Assembly: GCF_006345805.1 (NCBI RefSeq)
Contig: NC_043008.1
Span: 43,648,001 to 43,712,000 of the forward strand
Direction of reading: 5' to 3'
DNA length: 64,000 nt
Source of the DNA: Octopus sinensis
Lineage: Eukaryota
The translations under genes were made by a program, and so were the position numbers. Each line of letters starts with the position of its first letter. Position 1 is the first letter of the stretch. The notes under the pieces are model-generated. The model made no database searches. It worked only from the letters and a program-made list of their open reading frames with translations, and was not told the origin of the DNA. Positions 51,351 to 64,000 of the stretch are shown piece by piece.

Positions 51351-52618
51351 GCTAATTTAAAGTGACTTTTCACCTCAAATAAATCGAGAATTCAAGATAA
51401 GAGAACCAGAGGGAGATCAACTTATATATGTAAGTTATAAGTATAAATTATTACGAATTCATCTGCAGTTGTTGTTGTTGTTGTTATTGTTGTTATTGTA
51501 CAGCAACTGCGAACAGTTCAGCCAGCGTCTATAGAGGGATATCTTTATATTTCCAACCTATTTACAGTAGTGATTTAATTGATCCAAATCGGTTATCGCT
51601 ATTGAATTTCATTTTAGTAGATTAAGAGAGTCAACAACACTTCTTGTAACTTATACATTATCGATCATAAGAGAGGCTGCAGTTATGGAGCGATGCAGTT
51701 ATGTTTGCATGGAGCTGGTTGTTCCTACATCGCTTCCACGCTGTATTTTTAGGTGAGAGAAAAGAAATGCTACGTATAATGGATAGTTTTCTGAATACGG
51801 TCTAACTTGGAAAAATGTTCTCTCTCCAATTTTTATGGCTTTCAAGTGGAGTAAATCAAACCAGTGGAAAAAAAAAGAAAAGAAAAGAAATAAAAAGAAA
51901 TAAAAAGAAAGGAAAGAACAACTAAAATGGTTGAAACCATTGAAAGAAATAAAGAAGAAGAAAGCAACGAAACGAAAATAGATTTACTAGCGAAACACAT
52001 AATGTATTTTCAATATTTTTTATTAATTTGCTTCATATTTCTTTTGTTTTGCTATTGTGGAAACCGACAGAGACAGAAGTGTATAAAGATGTTCGAGTGT
52101 ATATAGAGTGTACATAAAGTAACTTTAGAAATATATTATTAGAATTAATCAAAACGAAATCTTTACACTGGTTTGTTTCTTTTGAAGATATATAAATTCT
52201 TCGTAAAGGTGAACAAAGCGAAGCAGACTGCAATCCAGAACATAGAGTCTTAGTATTGATGTATTATCCGTAATCCGATAAAGAAGTTGTTTGGCAATTA
52301 TCTCATTCTGGAATGATTTGTTGCAAGAAAATGGCGTAAAGTTATTAGCATAAAGGGAAATTAGAAAAGAATAACGAACAACTAAAATAAAACAACTTTT
52401 ATACCTTGCCAACTGATATCAGTAGAAAACTGCCGAAGACTGGAATTCTACAAATGAGACAGATACTATCTCAAATATTGGATTTAAAGTGGACTTTCCT
52501 TAAACATAGAATTCTTTCACAAGAAAGTTTTGAAAGAGATGGAATTCACAATGGGTAAATATCTTTTGGGGTATCGTTGTGCTAATATTAACATTTGATA
52601 TTGGTATTCGGCGCCGAA

Positions 52619-53030
52619 TAGCACGCCAAGCGAAATGCTTAGCGGTATTTCGTCTGCCGTTCCGAGTTCAAATTCCGCCGAGGTCGACTTTGCCTTTCAT
52701 CCTTTCGGGGTCGATAAATTAAGTACCTGTTACGCACAGGGGTCGATGTAATCGACTTAATCCGTTTTTCGGTCCTTGTTTGTCCTCCTTGTGTATAGCC
52801 TCTTGTGGTTAGTAAAGAAATAGGTATTGGGTGCTGGTCAAATGAAATGTTAGAACGTTAATAAAAATATACCTACGGTATTTCCTCCAGTTCTTTGCGC
52901 TCTGAGTTCAAATCTCTCCCAGGTCAACTTTGCCTTTCATCTCTCCGAGGTCGACAAAATAGTGTACCAGTCCAATATTGGGGTTGATGATAGCGACTAA
53001 CCGTCTTCCCCTAAAATAAAGCCCTACATT
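52619..53030 (+). mobile_element. Two tandem family-A SINEs, the second degenerate
   Basis: 52,619-52,822 is near consensus; 52,830-53,030 is diverged. Confidence 0.8.
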
Positions 53031-53702
53031 TGCAGGTATTCGGCAACATAAAGTTTAAAACTAGCATCGATAAATCAATGAAATTGATCGAATCCTTTGA
53101 TTCGTATTTACTTTATCGATCCCAGGAAGTCTGAAAAGAAATGCTGAACTGGACGGAATATAAAATCAGAACGAGAAGAGACGAAATTAAATTCAACAAA
53201 CCATTTGGTTCTTACAAAGGAATTTCAGATATTCCGCCGTTCTTGTCGTGATCACACATGAATCAGCCATGATTGGAACATGATAAAACATGAACCAAAC
53301 ATGGAAACATGCCGTACGGATTTCATCAAAGGATTATCTCTCGAAGGATTCGAGATCCGTATAGCATTTTCATTTTCTGTCCTATTGCAACACATACTGG
53401 ATATTCGCGAGTTCAATCTCTGTTACAAATGGTACAGGTTCTGCATGGTATCCACGCTTCATTCATTTAACACTTTTAAAGCTCAGTCTGCGTAGCTGTA
53501 AATGAACAACATTTCCCTGCTGAATGGAGTGGACCAAATGTTTTAAATCAGTTTCCCTTGCGTTTGCCTTAATACCATGAATTGGCCGAGTCAGTAAGGC
53601 GTTGGATATTTGTTATCTCTTTCTTTTTTTCGTCTTTCCAGTTATGTCTTAATATTTAGTATATTTTCTTATACAAAGGTTATTATCATATGACTTCCTT
53701 AG

Positions 53703-53799
53703 TGGGCGAGCTGGTAAAATCGTTTGCACACCGAGAGAAATGTTTAGCGGTATTTCGTCTGTCTTTACGTTCTGAGTTCAAATTCCGCCGAGGTCGACT
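53703..53799 (+). mobile_element. Family-A SINE head, 3'-truncated
   Basis: A/B boxes are intact; similarity ends after ccgaggtcgac. Confidence 0.8.
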
Positions 53800-54166
53800 C
53801 TATTGAATCTGTCAGCCATTTAACAGGTTTTGGTTTTTGTTCTGCAGGGTGTCCAACGAAAACCGTCCTCTTCGTTAAGCATGGTTGGGCTGTCGGCAAC
53901 TAAACACCCATACAGATAAATATAATATACACATCATATATTTACACATACGTACACACACACACACGTGCAGTTTAACATTGCACAAATGGCAAAAAAA
54001 CCCCCGAAAGACAGAGACAGGTGAAGGGACAACAAAAAAGGTATGATAGTTTGACGCTCAGGAAACTTTGACGTTTCTTACCTGCGAGAGAAAGGACTGA
54101 GGAAGGCTAACAGTGGGGAAAGAAACGGAGAGAGAAAAATAAACGTGTCTGAATTAAACATATACA

Positions 54167-54535
54167 CAGCGTGATTCAAAAGTCTCCATACATAGGAAAA
54201 ATTAATTTTTTAAATAAGAAACGGTTTATAAGATCCCCTAGATCCCTTGATCTGACCCCTCTTGATTTCTATCTTTAGGGGCATTTGAAAGGCATGGTGT
54301 ATCGCGGAAAGATAAAAGACATAAATCATTTGAAGGAACGCACCACCAACTCCTTTGCACACGTATCACCTGGTGTGCTATTACGAGTTTACAAAGAGTG
54401 AGATAAACGTATTGCAATGTGTATTCAAAACAATGGTAGCCATATAGAGCCTGTTAAATAAAAAAATGAAGCTGTTCTTATAAACTGTTTCTTATAAAAA
54501 GATACATTATTCCTATATATGGCGACTTTTGAATC

Positions 54536-54541
<6 letters not shown>
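54167..54541 (+). mobile_element. Internally deleted Tc1/mariner-superfamily element with both TIRs
   Basis: TIRs cagcgtgattcaaaagtctccatacatagga / tcctatatatggcgacttttgaatcaccct with TA flanks. Internal PRSLDLTPLDFYL*GHLKGMVY...RIAMCIQNNGSHIE is a transposase C-terminus. Confidence 0.88.
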
Positions 54542-54602
<61 letters not shown>

Positions 54603-55093
54603 ATATATATATACACATGTATATATAACTATTCAAAGACCTGACATGCAGTCACCATTCTTCGCCACAAATTGCCTCCAGAGTTGTCACCATTCAGTTG
54701 TTTTGTTTCATTGAATCATTCTCTTCTTTGACCTTCGTGTATTGGTTTACGAAGCCTCCGAGGTTGTGAGAACAGTATAGAAATAATTCAAGACATTCGA
54801 TTGTGAAATGAGGGTGATCTAGCTTCAAATTCTTGTATCTCGAACGTCTACGTAGAGGTTTCATTGCTGGTTTAATTAAAGATGGCTACGTGATGTGGTT
54901 GATATTCCGGCACAAAAAAATTCAGACGATAAAATAAAGCAACAATAACTAATTTTCTTTTCTAATTTGTTGCATGCAAATTATTCAAATATTTGTTTGG
55001 CAAAATAGAAAAATACAAACGAAAAATTCAACTAAAAGCAGTTCCCAGACATTTAACGAATATTAACGATTAGAAATGGAACACAGGACTAAT

Positions 55094-55470
55094 CCGGGCG
55101 AAATACTTGGCGGTATTTCGTCTGCCGCTACGTTCTGAGTTCAAATTCCGCTGAGGACGACTTTGCCTTTCATCCTTTCGGGGTCGATTAAATAAATACC
55201 AGATACGCACTGGGGTCGATATAATCGACTTAATCCATTTGTCTGTCCTTGTTTCTCCTCTCTGTGTTTAGCCCCTTGTGGGTAGTAAAGAAATAGAAAT
55301 AAGTATTTCGTCTGCCGCTACGTTCTGAGTTCAAATTCCGCTGAGGACGACTTTGCCTTTCATCTTTTCGGGGTCGATAAATTAAGTACCAGTTGCGTAC
55401 TGGGATCAATCTAATCGACTGCCCCCCCCCCCACAAATTTCAGGCCTTGTGCCTAGAGTAGAAAAGAATA
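55094..55470 (+). mobile_element. Family-A SINE tandem dimer with two different tails
   Basis: Both units share the private variant gctgaggacgac; unit 1 ends gtagtaaagaaata and unit 2 ends agagtagaaaagaata. Confidence 0.85.
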
Positions 55471-55548
55471 AATAAAAGTAGGTCATTAAAATGGAATATA
55501 CGCTATATTATCATTTGGTCATGTGAAAAAGTAATTAAGTCTTCATCC

Positions 55549-55557
55549 TTGTTGTTG

Positions 55558-55592
<35 letters not shown>

Positions 55593-55638
55593 ATTATTAT
55601 TATTATTATTATTATTATCATTATTATTATTATTATTA

Positions 55639-55702
<64 letters not shown>

Positions 55703-55735
55703 TTATTATTATTATTTTTATTATTATTATTATTA
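55549..55735. repeat. (TTG)n(TTA)n array
   Basis: Directly visible. Confidence 0.95.
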
Positions 55736-56368
55736 AGGTATTGAAAAAGAGGAAAAAAATCAGATTAGATCAAATAGAATGAAAATATAAAAAAATAGGA
55801 AAAAATAAGAATAGAAATAAAAAATACATGAAAAAAAAATGATAGTGACTTGCGTTAAATACGGGAAATTTTCAATTAGATATAAGGAAGTAGTTTTGCT
55901 TCAAACCTCGAATTAAAGAAAGAAAAATACAGAAAGTTATCAACAGAAAAATCACATTAAATAAATACTTTCGACTTTTAACTCTATCAGTATCAAATTA
56001 GGTTTTGTGGTGATACAGCGTAATAACAGAGTGTTTTGTGTGTTTTGTGACTAGTTGAAATAAAAATAACAAAATGGAAATATAATTCTCTTATTTGTAA
56101 GACTGATAGTAATCACAGAGAATTTTGGTGTTTATTATAATGGATTCTGTTGGAATTAACACATATAACAAAAATTGTAACGAATCACGCGACAAGAATG
56201 GGTGATTATTTTGCTGAGGTATTGTAAATGTTTCTTTCGGAAGAAGAGACGTCTTTTACTCCGGTGAAAGTCTTCTTATTGAGAGAATCATAATTTTTGC
56301 ATGCAGCCGTACATATATACATGCGTATACAAAAACACATACGTACATATAATGGAAGTCTGCATGTA

Positions 56369-56415
<47 letters not shown>

Positions 56416-56578
56416 TACATATACATACATATATATCCCTTTGTGTGCGTGGTGTGTGTAGTGTGTGTCTGATCCAGTGAAATAACTGTTTCATAAACCA
56501 GTTGCCTGGGGAAAGCACCGTAAAATGGCGGATTGATTCACTCAAAATAGTTTTTCATGGTATAACATTCACCCCGAC

Positions 56579-56682
<104 letters not shown>

Positions 56683-56993
56683 GATCGTCTGTCTACCCAA
56701 AATCTATGAAAATAGACTTGTTCATTATCGTTGTGGTTGCTATTGATGTTATTTAATCCTAAATGAACCGCGACCCAGCAGCATTGCGGTGAAAAGTACT
56801 CCAGCTTTATACGAGTCGTGTTTAGAACTAGATTCACCAATGAATTATAGCCTTTTCTTTTAAAGCTGGAAGTCTGTTTTACGGGAGGTTTTGCTACAAT
56901 TTTTATCAGGTTATATGACCATGTAGTGTGTCAGTTGGTTTCTTAAAATTTAGTACTATTGTCCAACGTGTGAGCGATATTTTAAATATATTA

Positions 56994-57178
56994 TTTTACT
57001 TGTTTCAGTGATTTGACTGTGGCCATGCTGGAGCACAACCTTTAGTCGAGCAAATCGACTTACTTTGTAAGCCTATTACTTATACTATCGGTCTCTTTTG
57101 CCGAATCGCTAAGTTACGGCGATGTAAACACACCAGCATCGATTATCAACCGATGTTGAAGGGACAAACATAGGCACA

Positions 57179-57264
<86 letters not shown>

Positions 57265-57429
57265 GACGGGCTTCTTTCAATTTCCGTCTACCAAATTTAC
57301 TCACAAGCCTTTGGTCGGCCCGAGTCTATAGTAGAAGACACTTGCCTAAGATGCCACGCAGTGGGACTGAACCCGGAATCATGTGGTTGATAAGCAAGCT
57401 ACTTACCACACAGCCACTCATACGCCTAT
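56994..57429 (-). mobile_element. Family-B SINE, full length
   Basis: Reverse complement of 24,210-24,620 with an expanded internal (CA)/(TA). Confidence 0.9.
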
Positions 57430-57892
57430 GTATATATTACAGTTTTCCGTTTCCGATTTTGCACTTTTCAATTGAATTTAAATGTTGCATGGAATCTTCT
57501 AAAATAGATTGCCTAAAGAAGAAATCTCTACGGCTTCAAATTTTGGCACAGGGCCAGTAGTTTTTGAGGGGAAGGGGAAGGCGATTACTTGACTCGTACT
57601 TATCTTATCGACCTCAAAAAGATGAAAAGTAAAATCGGGCTTACAGTATAACCCGCTATTACGGACTACACTGTAAGCATCCCAGGAATATGGACTGTGA
57701 TTTTAAGAGTCATGTGACCTGTGGAAACGCGTGTAGCGATGCATTGCATGTTTATAAATTCCATCCAAGGATTATTGTTATTATTATTATAAATACATAC
57801 ATTATATCATATATATATAGATACACACACACACACACACATATATATATAAATTAGACAAAAAACACCTTTCATCAATTCATTATATAATA

Positions 57893-57945
<53 letters not shown>

Positions 57946-58059
57946 ATTTATTTATATATATATATTATATTTTGTGAAATTTGATTTAGTATTTCTAAAT
58001 TGAATTTTTCCCTGTAAGTTTCGAATAATATTCCCTCATATATATGCTTATATATATAT

Positions 58060-58560
58060 ATATCCTTAATTGTTAAACTTATTCCGAAATACTTTTCATT
58101 ACCGACATGCAGTTCGTAAAAAAAGCCCGCCATTTACCGGATATATGATTTATAAACATTCCATGTGCTTGGCCGGAGTGAGCAGTTGTCTGTTCGTCTT
58201 CGCTACGTAAGGTTGGTGTTATTATTTATGATGTGTTCAGAATCAGTTCTGCTGAGGATCATTAGACGTAAGTTGAATGTGAAATCACGGTGATACAGAA
58301 CTAAATTCATTTTTTAAATGTCTTGCTTTGAAAAACTGCATTTGGTATATTAGTATAATTTTGGTAGTAATGACTTTGTCCCTCTTGTGTGAGGCATTAT
58401 GTGTAAAAATGCCCTCTATACAATATAGATATAATTAATTTGTTCAAAAGAAAAAAATTATTTTCGAATTCTTTTCTTTTATGAGGTTTTCACGCTAGCT
58501 ACCCGATAATTTCTTGTTAAGATCCCTTATTAAGAGAATATCCTTAATTGTTAACTTATT
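58060..58560 (+). mobile_element. HHR-bearing pLTR/retrozyme-like unit bounded by short direct repeats
   Basis: atatccttaattgttaa(a)cttatt at 58,060-58,083 and 58,538-58,560, with an HHR in the middle. Confidence 0.55.
58245..58302 (+). ncRNA. Type I hammerhead ribozyme
   Basis: agttctg CTGAGGA t cattagac-gtaa-gttgaatg t GAA A TCAC-G-GTGA T A cagaact: perfect 7-bp stem I, GNRA-capped stem II, near-palindromic stem III, AUA site (cleavage predicted after 58,295). The 10.1-11.1 pair is a U-U mismatch. Confidence 0.75.
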
Positions 58561-58758
58561 ATATCTATATATATATATAGTATTATAATATTTTTTATAT
58601 ACACCATATATATCTATGTGTATATATATATATGTTATATATATATATAAGCATATATATTATATATATATAAGCATATGTACAACAGGAGCTTTGACTC
58701 TCTCTCTCTTCTCTTTCACCCACACAGAAGATCATACATAAATATGTACACAGACACA

Positions 58759-58795
<37 letters not shown>

Positions 58796-59158
58796 CAGAC
58801 GGATGTTCTTCCTACCTACAGCGCACACACATATACACGCATACACAGTCAACAAATACAGCCACATACAAACACACTCAACCGATATGGTTTTAACAAG
58901 TTTCCGCTTGACTGTATCACACAATTCTTAAATGTTGATAATATACAATCCATAACCAATCATTGTTAATCCAAAATAAACCGATTACATCTTAGCTCTG
59001 TGGGATCAAAGATGCAGTAATTCCGAGATTCTGAATGTTAACGTGCATGTGTATACGCGTGTGTGTGCGTGTGTCTTTGTGTATATGCATGTATGTGTAT
59101 ATGTATGTATGTGTATACGTATGTATGTATGCATGTATGTATGTATGGATGGATGTAA

Positions 59159-59192
<34 letters not shown>

Positions 59193-59217
59193 CTCTATGT
59201 ATCTATCTATCTATCTA

Positions 59218-59256
<39 letters not shown>

Positions 59257-61009
59257 GTCTGTCTATCTATCTATATAAGGACGCGGACGGATTGGATTGA
59301 TACTACATATATATATATATATAGGGTTGATACTACATAATTATGTATATATATATATGGACGTTCACGTAGGTACGTTTCCGTAATTTGTCATGATATC
59401 CTGAATTATCTCTTCTAATAATTTTAATCCTATAATATTGCTAATCCGGGATTATTGCATCGGTAATTTTCACATTTTATTCCCATTTCTACGTATCGAA
59501 TGTTAACGGAAGCTGACGTTTATGTGATAAAAGAATTGGTTCACACGCGCACACACACACACACTCACACACACACACACTCACATACACACATAGACAC
59601 ACACACTCCCCCGCACACAGAGACACATACACTCACACACACAGATACATACACCACACGCACGCACACAGACACATACACCACACGCACGCACACACAC
59701 ACATATATAAATACACAGAATTCAGTTCTTATCAGATGGATAATTCCAACGGTCTGTTTTGACCAAAGTATTGATCCGTTTGTTGATTTGAATTAAGTAT
59801 TACGGAATAATTTCTAATCCTAAGAATGGTAATGGCACAGATAAGCCCAAAAGGTTAATAGAAAGAGACAAATGACATTTCAATAAAAACGATTGCAAAT
59901 ATCACATACAATGCGTGTTGCTGGAATTTAATGTAGAATTTAAATTTTCCAATATTTTTATTGGTAAACGAAATATCGGTTCTGACTCTGCTATTCTTTC
60001 CAAACAACCAATGCTCGATAGAATAATGTAGGAAAATACCATTACAAGAACCTAAAACCAAACATTGCTTTTCTTTTCTGTTGTTTTATGATATTTATGT
60101 TGCTTTAGTTCGTGTGTGTATTTCGCATGGAAGACGGATTAGAAAATGAATCCAATTATTTAAAAACAACAACAGTACCACAACAACAACAACAGCAAAA
60201 CCGGTGGTAGCAGCAACTGCGACACCACTAACGACAGAAGCATGATTACAGAGATGTTATGGATTTAAATGAAAGAAAGAAGGAACCGAAAGGCAAGAAA
60301 TAAAAAGAGGGAAGACATATTTATTCAAGTACCTTATTAAAGTTATACAGCAAACACGACAATTTATTCAGAATCTGTGTACTTTGGTTATTAATTCAAT
60401 TTATTGCAAACTGTGGACGTTCTACTTGCATACGGGTTATTTTGTATGGCAAACTTGTTGAAATCTCTCTTTCAATATAATTATTTGTTGATATCTGTTA
60501 CTGCTTTTGTTGCTGTCGGAGACATCTGTTTTAAAATGGTATTTTCTTAAATACCAGTTGAGTGAAACGAGAGAATTTTGTTTAAACAAGGCTGTTTGTC
60601 GCTGCTACTTGCATTGTTGCCATTATTGACACGAAACAAATAAAACAAAAATAAACAAACAACGATCAACTCGGTGATATCGTTTATTAAATGGCTACGT
60701 TATGGGTTATTAATAGGAGCAGCCATGATTCGCGCCGTTTGCAATTTAGCTTCTCAACTGCGTTTTATCAGTGTCTGACAGCTTAAGCAAGAAATGTCGT
60801 ACTCGTCTTCGCCATTGGCGTTGTTGACCAATAAACTACACGAAGAATTTGTTACAGAGAAGCTATGCAGGAGCGCATCCTGTGTACGTGTATCAATTTA
60901 TATACATATGTATGTACGCATATATGTATATATGTATGTCTATATACATATAGACATACACCTATATATATATGTATACATATGTGTGTATATATATGTA
61001 TCTTCTCTT

Positions 61010-61150
61010 TACTCTTTTACTTGTTTCAGTCATTTGACTGTGGCCATGCTGGAGCACCATCTTTAGTCGAGCAAATCAACTCCAGGACTTATTCTTTGTA
61101 AACCTAGTACTTATTCTTTGTAAGCCTAGCACTTATTCTATCGGTCTCCT
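61010..61150 (-). mobile_element. Family-B SINE tail
   Basis: tttcagtcatttgactgtggccatgctggagcacc. Confidence 0.8.
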
Positions 61151-61235
61151 ACGACTATACATTTATATTTATACACACACGTACATATACGTACACACAT
61201 ACACAAACTCGCATATATGGGTAGAGATACAAATA

Positions 61236-61418
61236 TTTCAAAATTTAGCATGAGGCCAGCAATTTCAGGGGTAGGGGCAAGACAATTACATTAACTCCAG
61301 TGCTCAACTGCTACTTCTTCTATCGACCTCGAAAGGATAAAAGTCAATCTCGGCAGAAGACGGACGAAATGCTGCTAAGTATCTCGACCGGCGTGCTAAC
61401 GATTCCGGCAGCTCCCCT
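61236..61418 (-). mobile_element. Family-A SINE, diverged
   Basis: Reverse complement of family A with internal deletions. Confidence 0.75.
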
Positions 61419-61654
61419 TAATTACACACACATATATAAATGTGTGTGTGTGGATGCATCTAATAATAAGAACCTGAATGCGTTTTGGATGTAGCTGCAA
61501 TTGTTTCCTCAGAAGTTTTTAGTTCGACATTATTCGAATATTTACATTACGCAAAGCATTATGCAACGCTAAAATACGTCGAGCAACCAAATGAAGTAAG
61601 CCTTTGTCCGCTTGTTTATGTTTTTTTATCAGCAGAAACTTAGGCGACTCAAAT

Positions 61655-62231
61655 AGCGAAAAGCTGTTGGCCATTGAGTAACTTTTGTAACGTTCCGAGA
61701 ATTCGAAAGTATATATATATATATATATATATTTCTTTACTACCCGCAAGGGGCTAAACATAGAGAGGACAAACAAGGACAGACAAAGAGATTAAGTCGA
61801 TTACATTGACCCCAGTGCGTAACTGGTACTTAATTTATCGACCCCGAAAGGATGAAAGGCAAAGTCGACCTCGGCGGAATTTGAACTCACAACGTAACGC
61901 AGACGAAATACCGCTAAGCATGTCGCCCGGCGCGCTAACGTTTCTCCCAGCTCGCCGCCATTATATATATATATAATATATGTATGTGTGTGTGTGTGTG
62001 TGTGGTGTGTGTGTGTGCGTATGTATGTATGTATATATGTGTATATATATGGATAATGTTAGTATATATGAATATATAGACATATCTGTGTGTATACATA
62101 CAGTGTAATACATTTATGCATACATACATACATACATACTACATACATACACATCACACACATATATATATATATATACATACATGCATACACAACACAC
62201 ACCACACACACCTATATATATATATTCATCC

Positions 62232-62276
<45 letters not shown>

Positions 62277-62336
62277 ATATACTTTCGAATTCTCGGAACG
62301 TTACAAAAGTTACTCAACGGCCAACAGCTTTTCGCT
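61655..62336. repeat. 56-bp inverted repeats facing inward onto (TA)n tracts
   Basis: 61,655-61,710 versus 62,281-62,336, one mismatch. Confidence 0.9.
61733..61960 (-). mobile_element. Family-A SINE, full length
   Basis: Near-consensus reverse complement of 45,058-45,290. Confidence 0.92.
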
Positions 62337-62994
62337 GCATAGACAGACATACAAGCGCAAAACATGCATTCATGTATACTTCATTATTCAACAAAGTTAC
62401 AGCTGTTCGCCATTACAATTTCACTGCAGTCTCAGCGCGCGATTCTTCAGGAAAAGTAACAAGGTAATAGAAATATTGCACATGTCAAAATAATTTGATG
62501 AAACGGCTGTGGTAGTGGTGGTGGTGGTGGCCTGTTGTAGACAACAATAAAACAGAAAGGAGAGGAAATACTAAAGAAAAGGGGGAAAGGATCAACCAGC
62601 TTTGTATGGAATAGAATGGTTGAAAATTGCCGCATAAACGAATGCTAATGTTTTTATTAACGGATGGTTGGATTAACGGCAAAGAAATGTCACATCATTT
62701 TTATATAATGTTATAACTGTCATATTTGTAAAGGCGAGAAGAAAGACTTAAGAATGGTTTGATTTTCTTCTGTTTTTTTTTGTAACCAGGCTGAAAAATA
62801 TTGAATTACATATATATATAAAGAAAAATAGAGAAGCTATTTAGAAAGGAGACATAGAAATGATATGTTAGAGTTTAGTAAAGGTGTCACTGGGAAAAGA
62901 TATTGCTAAAAGAGATAAATAAAATTTCCAACTGTTGTAACAATTTGTAACCTGTTATCTTGTTGAAAGAACATACTTAATGAAGACTCGCTTG

Positions 62995-63047
<53 letters not shown>

Positions 63048-63089
63048 TATCTATATATCTATATCTATATATATATATATGTCTGTCTG

Positions 63090-63167
<78 letters not shown>

Positions 63168-63205
63168 AATCTGTATATAAATATTTCAACAAATATAACG
63201 CCAAA

Positions 63206-63700
63206 GTGAGTTATTCCTGCTTAAGTAACATAACTTCTAATATTGCACACTACAACAGTCGCAAACATGCATCTGCACAACCTCCAACCCCAACCTGTAA
63301 CTTCAGAAATCCTACTAGATGCTCTCTAGGAGAGTCCTGCTTCTCAAGGTCTGTGGTCTACAGAGTCACCCTCACGCCATCTGTTTGCATCACAAGGCAC
63401 TACACGAGCATGACAGTCAAGTATTTCAAGGGAAGATACACACAACACGTGCATTCGCTCAGATGCAGAGGTAAAGCGAATTCCACATCTTTCTTTCACT
63501 CCCTCTGGAGCCTCCCTGACCTCTGGAATGAAATATCTAGCATCAAATAGACCATTGTCGGCAAGGCGCTATCCTATTCACCCAACAGCCGCAGTCGCCA
63601 TCTTTGCCTGCATAAAAGTTTGAACATCCTCCATCAACCTGCAGTATCTATCAACCGGAAATATGAACTTTCCCATTGCTGCCACCAGTTGTATTCTCTC
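63206..63700 (+). pseudogene. Penelope-like element C-terminal GIY-YIG domain remnant
   Basis: SYSCLSNI...HN...CNFRNPTRCSLGESCFSRSVVYRVT...FKGRYTQHVHSL...STSFFHSLW...IK*TIVGKALSY...LCLHKSLNIL...INRKYELSHCCH follows the PLE consensus in one frame, with a TGG-to-TAG stop at 63,548. Confidence 0.88.
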
Positions 63701-64000
63701 CTTGTGAACCACTGGCTGCCGACAACTCAGACGTTGCACCTTAAAATCGGCTGCTCTCTAGAACCACAACCAAGGGCAGAGTTCCAACGCACCAATGCCC
63801 CCGCAGACTGAACCCCACAACTTTATGCATCCCGTAATTTCGCCCCTAATTCCGTCTCCATATACTTGGATAAACACATGAACACACAAGCACGTGCACT
63901 CACACACACACACACTAGGTGCATTTGCACACCCAAACACACCCACACTCATGTACCCACACAGATAAATGAGAACATCTATACACTCACATACATGCAC

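Noticed and set aside
54060-54110. Minus-strand GAAACGTC with cttt/aaag stem I
   Set aside because: The CUGANGA core and stem II are missing.
62403-62456. Minus-strand CTGAAGA...GAAATTGTAATG
   Set aside because: G at position 17, poor stem II and no stem I.

Overview
AT-rich, extremely microsatellite- and retroelement-dense animal DNA. The SINE and LINE repertoire looks octopod (Octopus-like), which is my inference from family recognition rather than a database result. I recognise no host gene. Almost all long ORFs in the track are translations of simple repeats, and there is one weak candidate minus-strand exon at 38.96-39.10 kb. Recognisable elements are: many tRNA-derived SINE copies with interchangeable heads and tails; R4/Dong-type LINE remnants with an RLE endonuclease; two L1/Tx1-type APE endonuclease fragments; two Penelope-like element (PLE) GIY-YIG remnants; a decayed Tc1; a mariner-type deletion derivative; and a Helitron-like non-autonomous element. 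The most striking unannotated signal is a set of minimal type I hammerhead ribozyme (HHR) motifs from several distinct repeat families. Well-formed copies lie at 23,483, 30,151, 33,561, 33,920 and 58,245. One family (15,105 and 48,866) carries a reciprocal G3-C8 swap of the catalytic core. Several of these motifs sit in fold-back structures, the largest a ~3.6 kb inverted duplication (30,056-33,698) with an HHR near each outer end. All folds were done by eye and none is experimentally tested.
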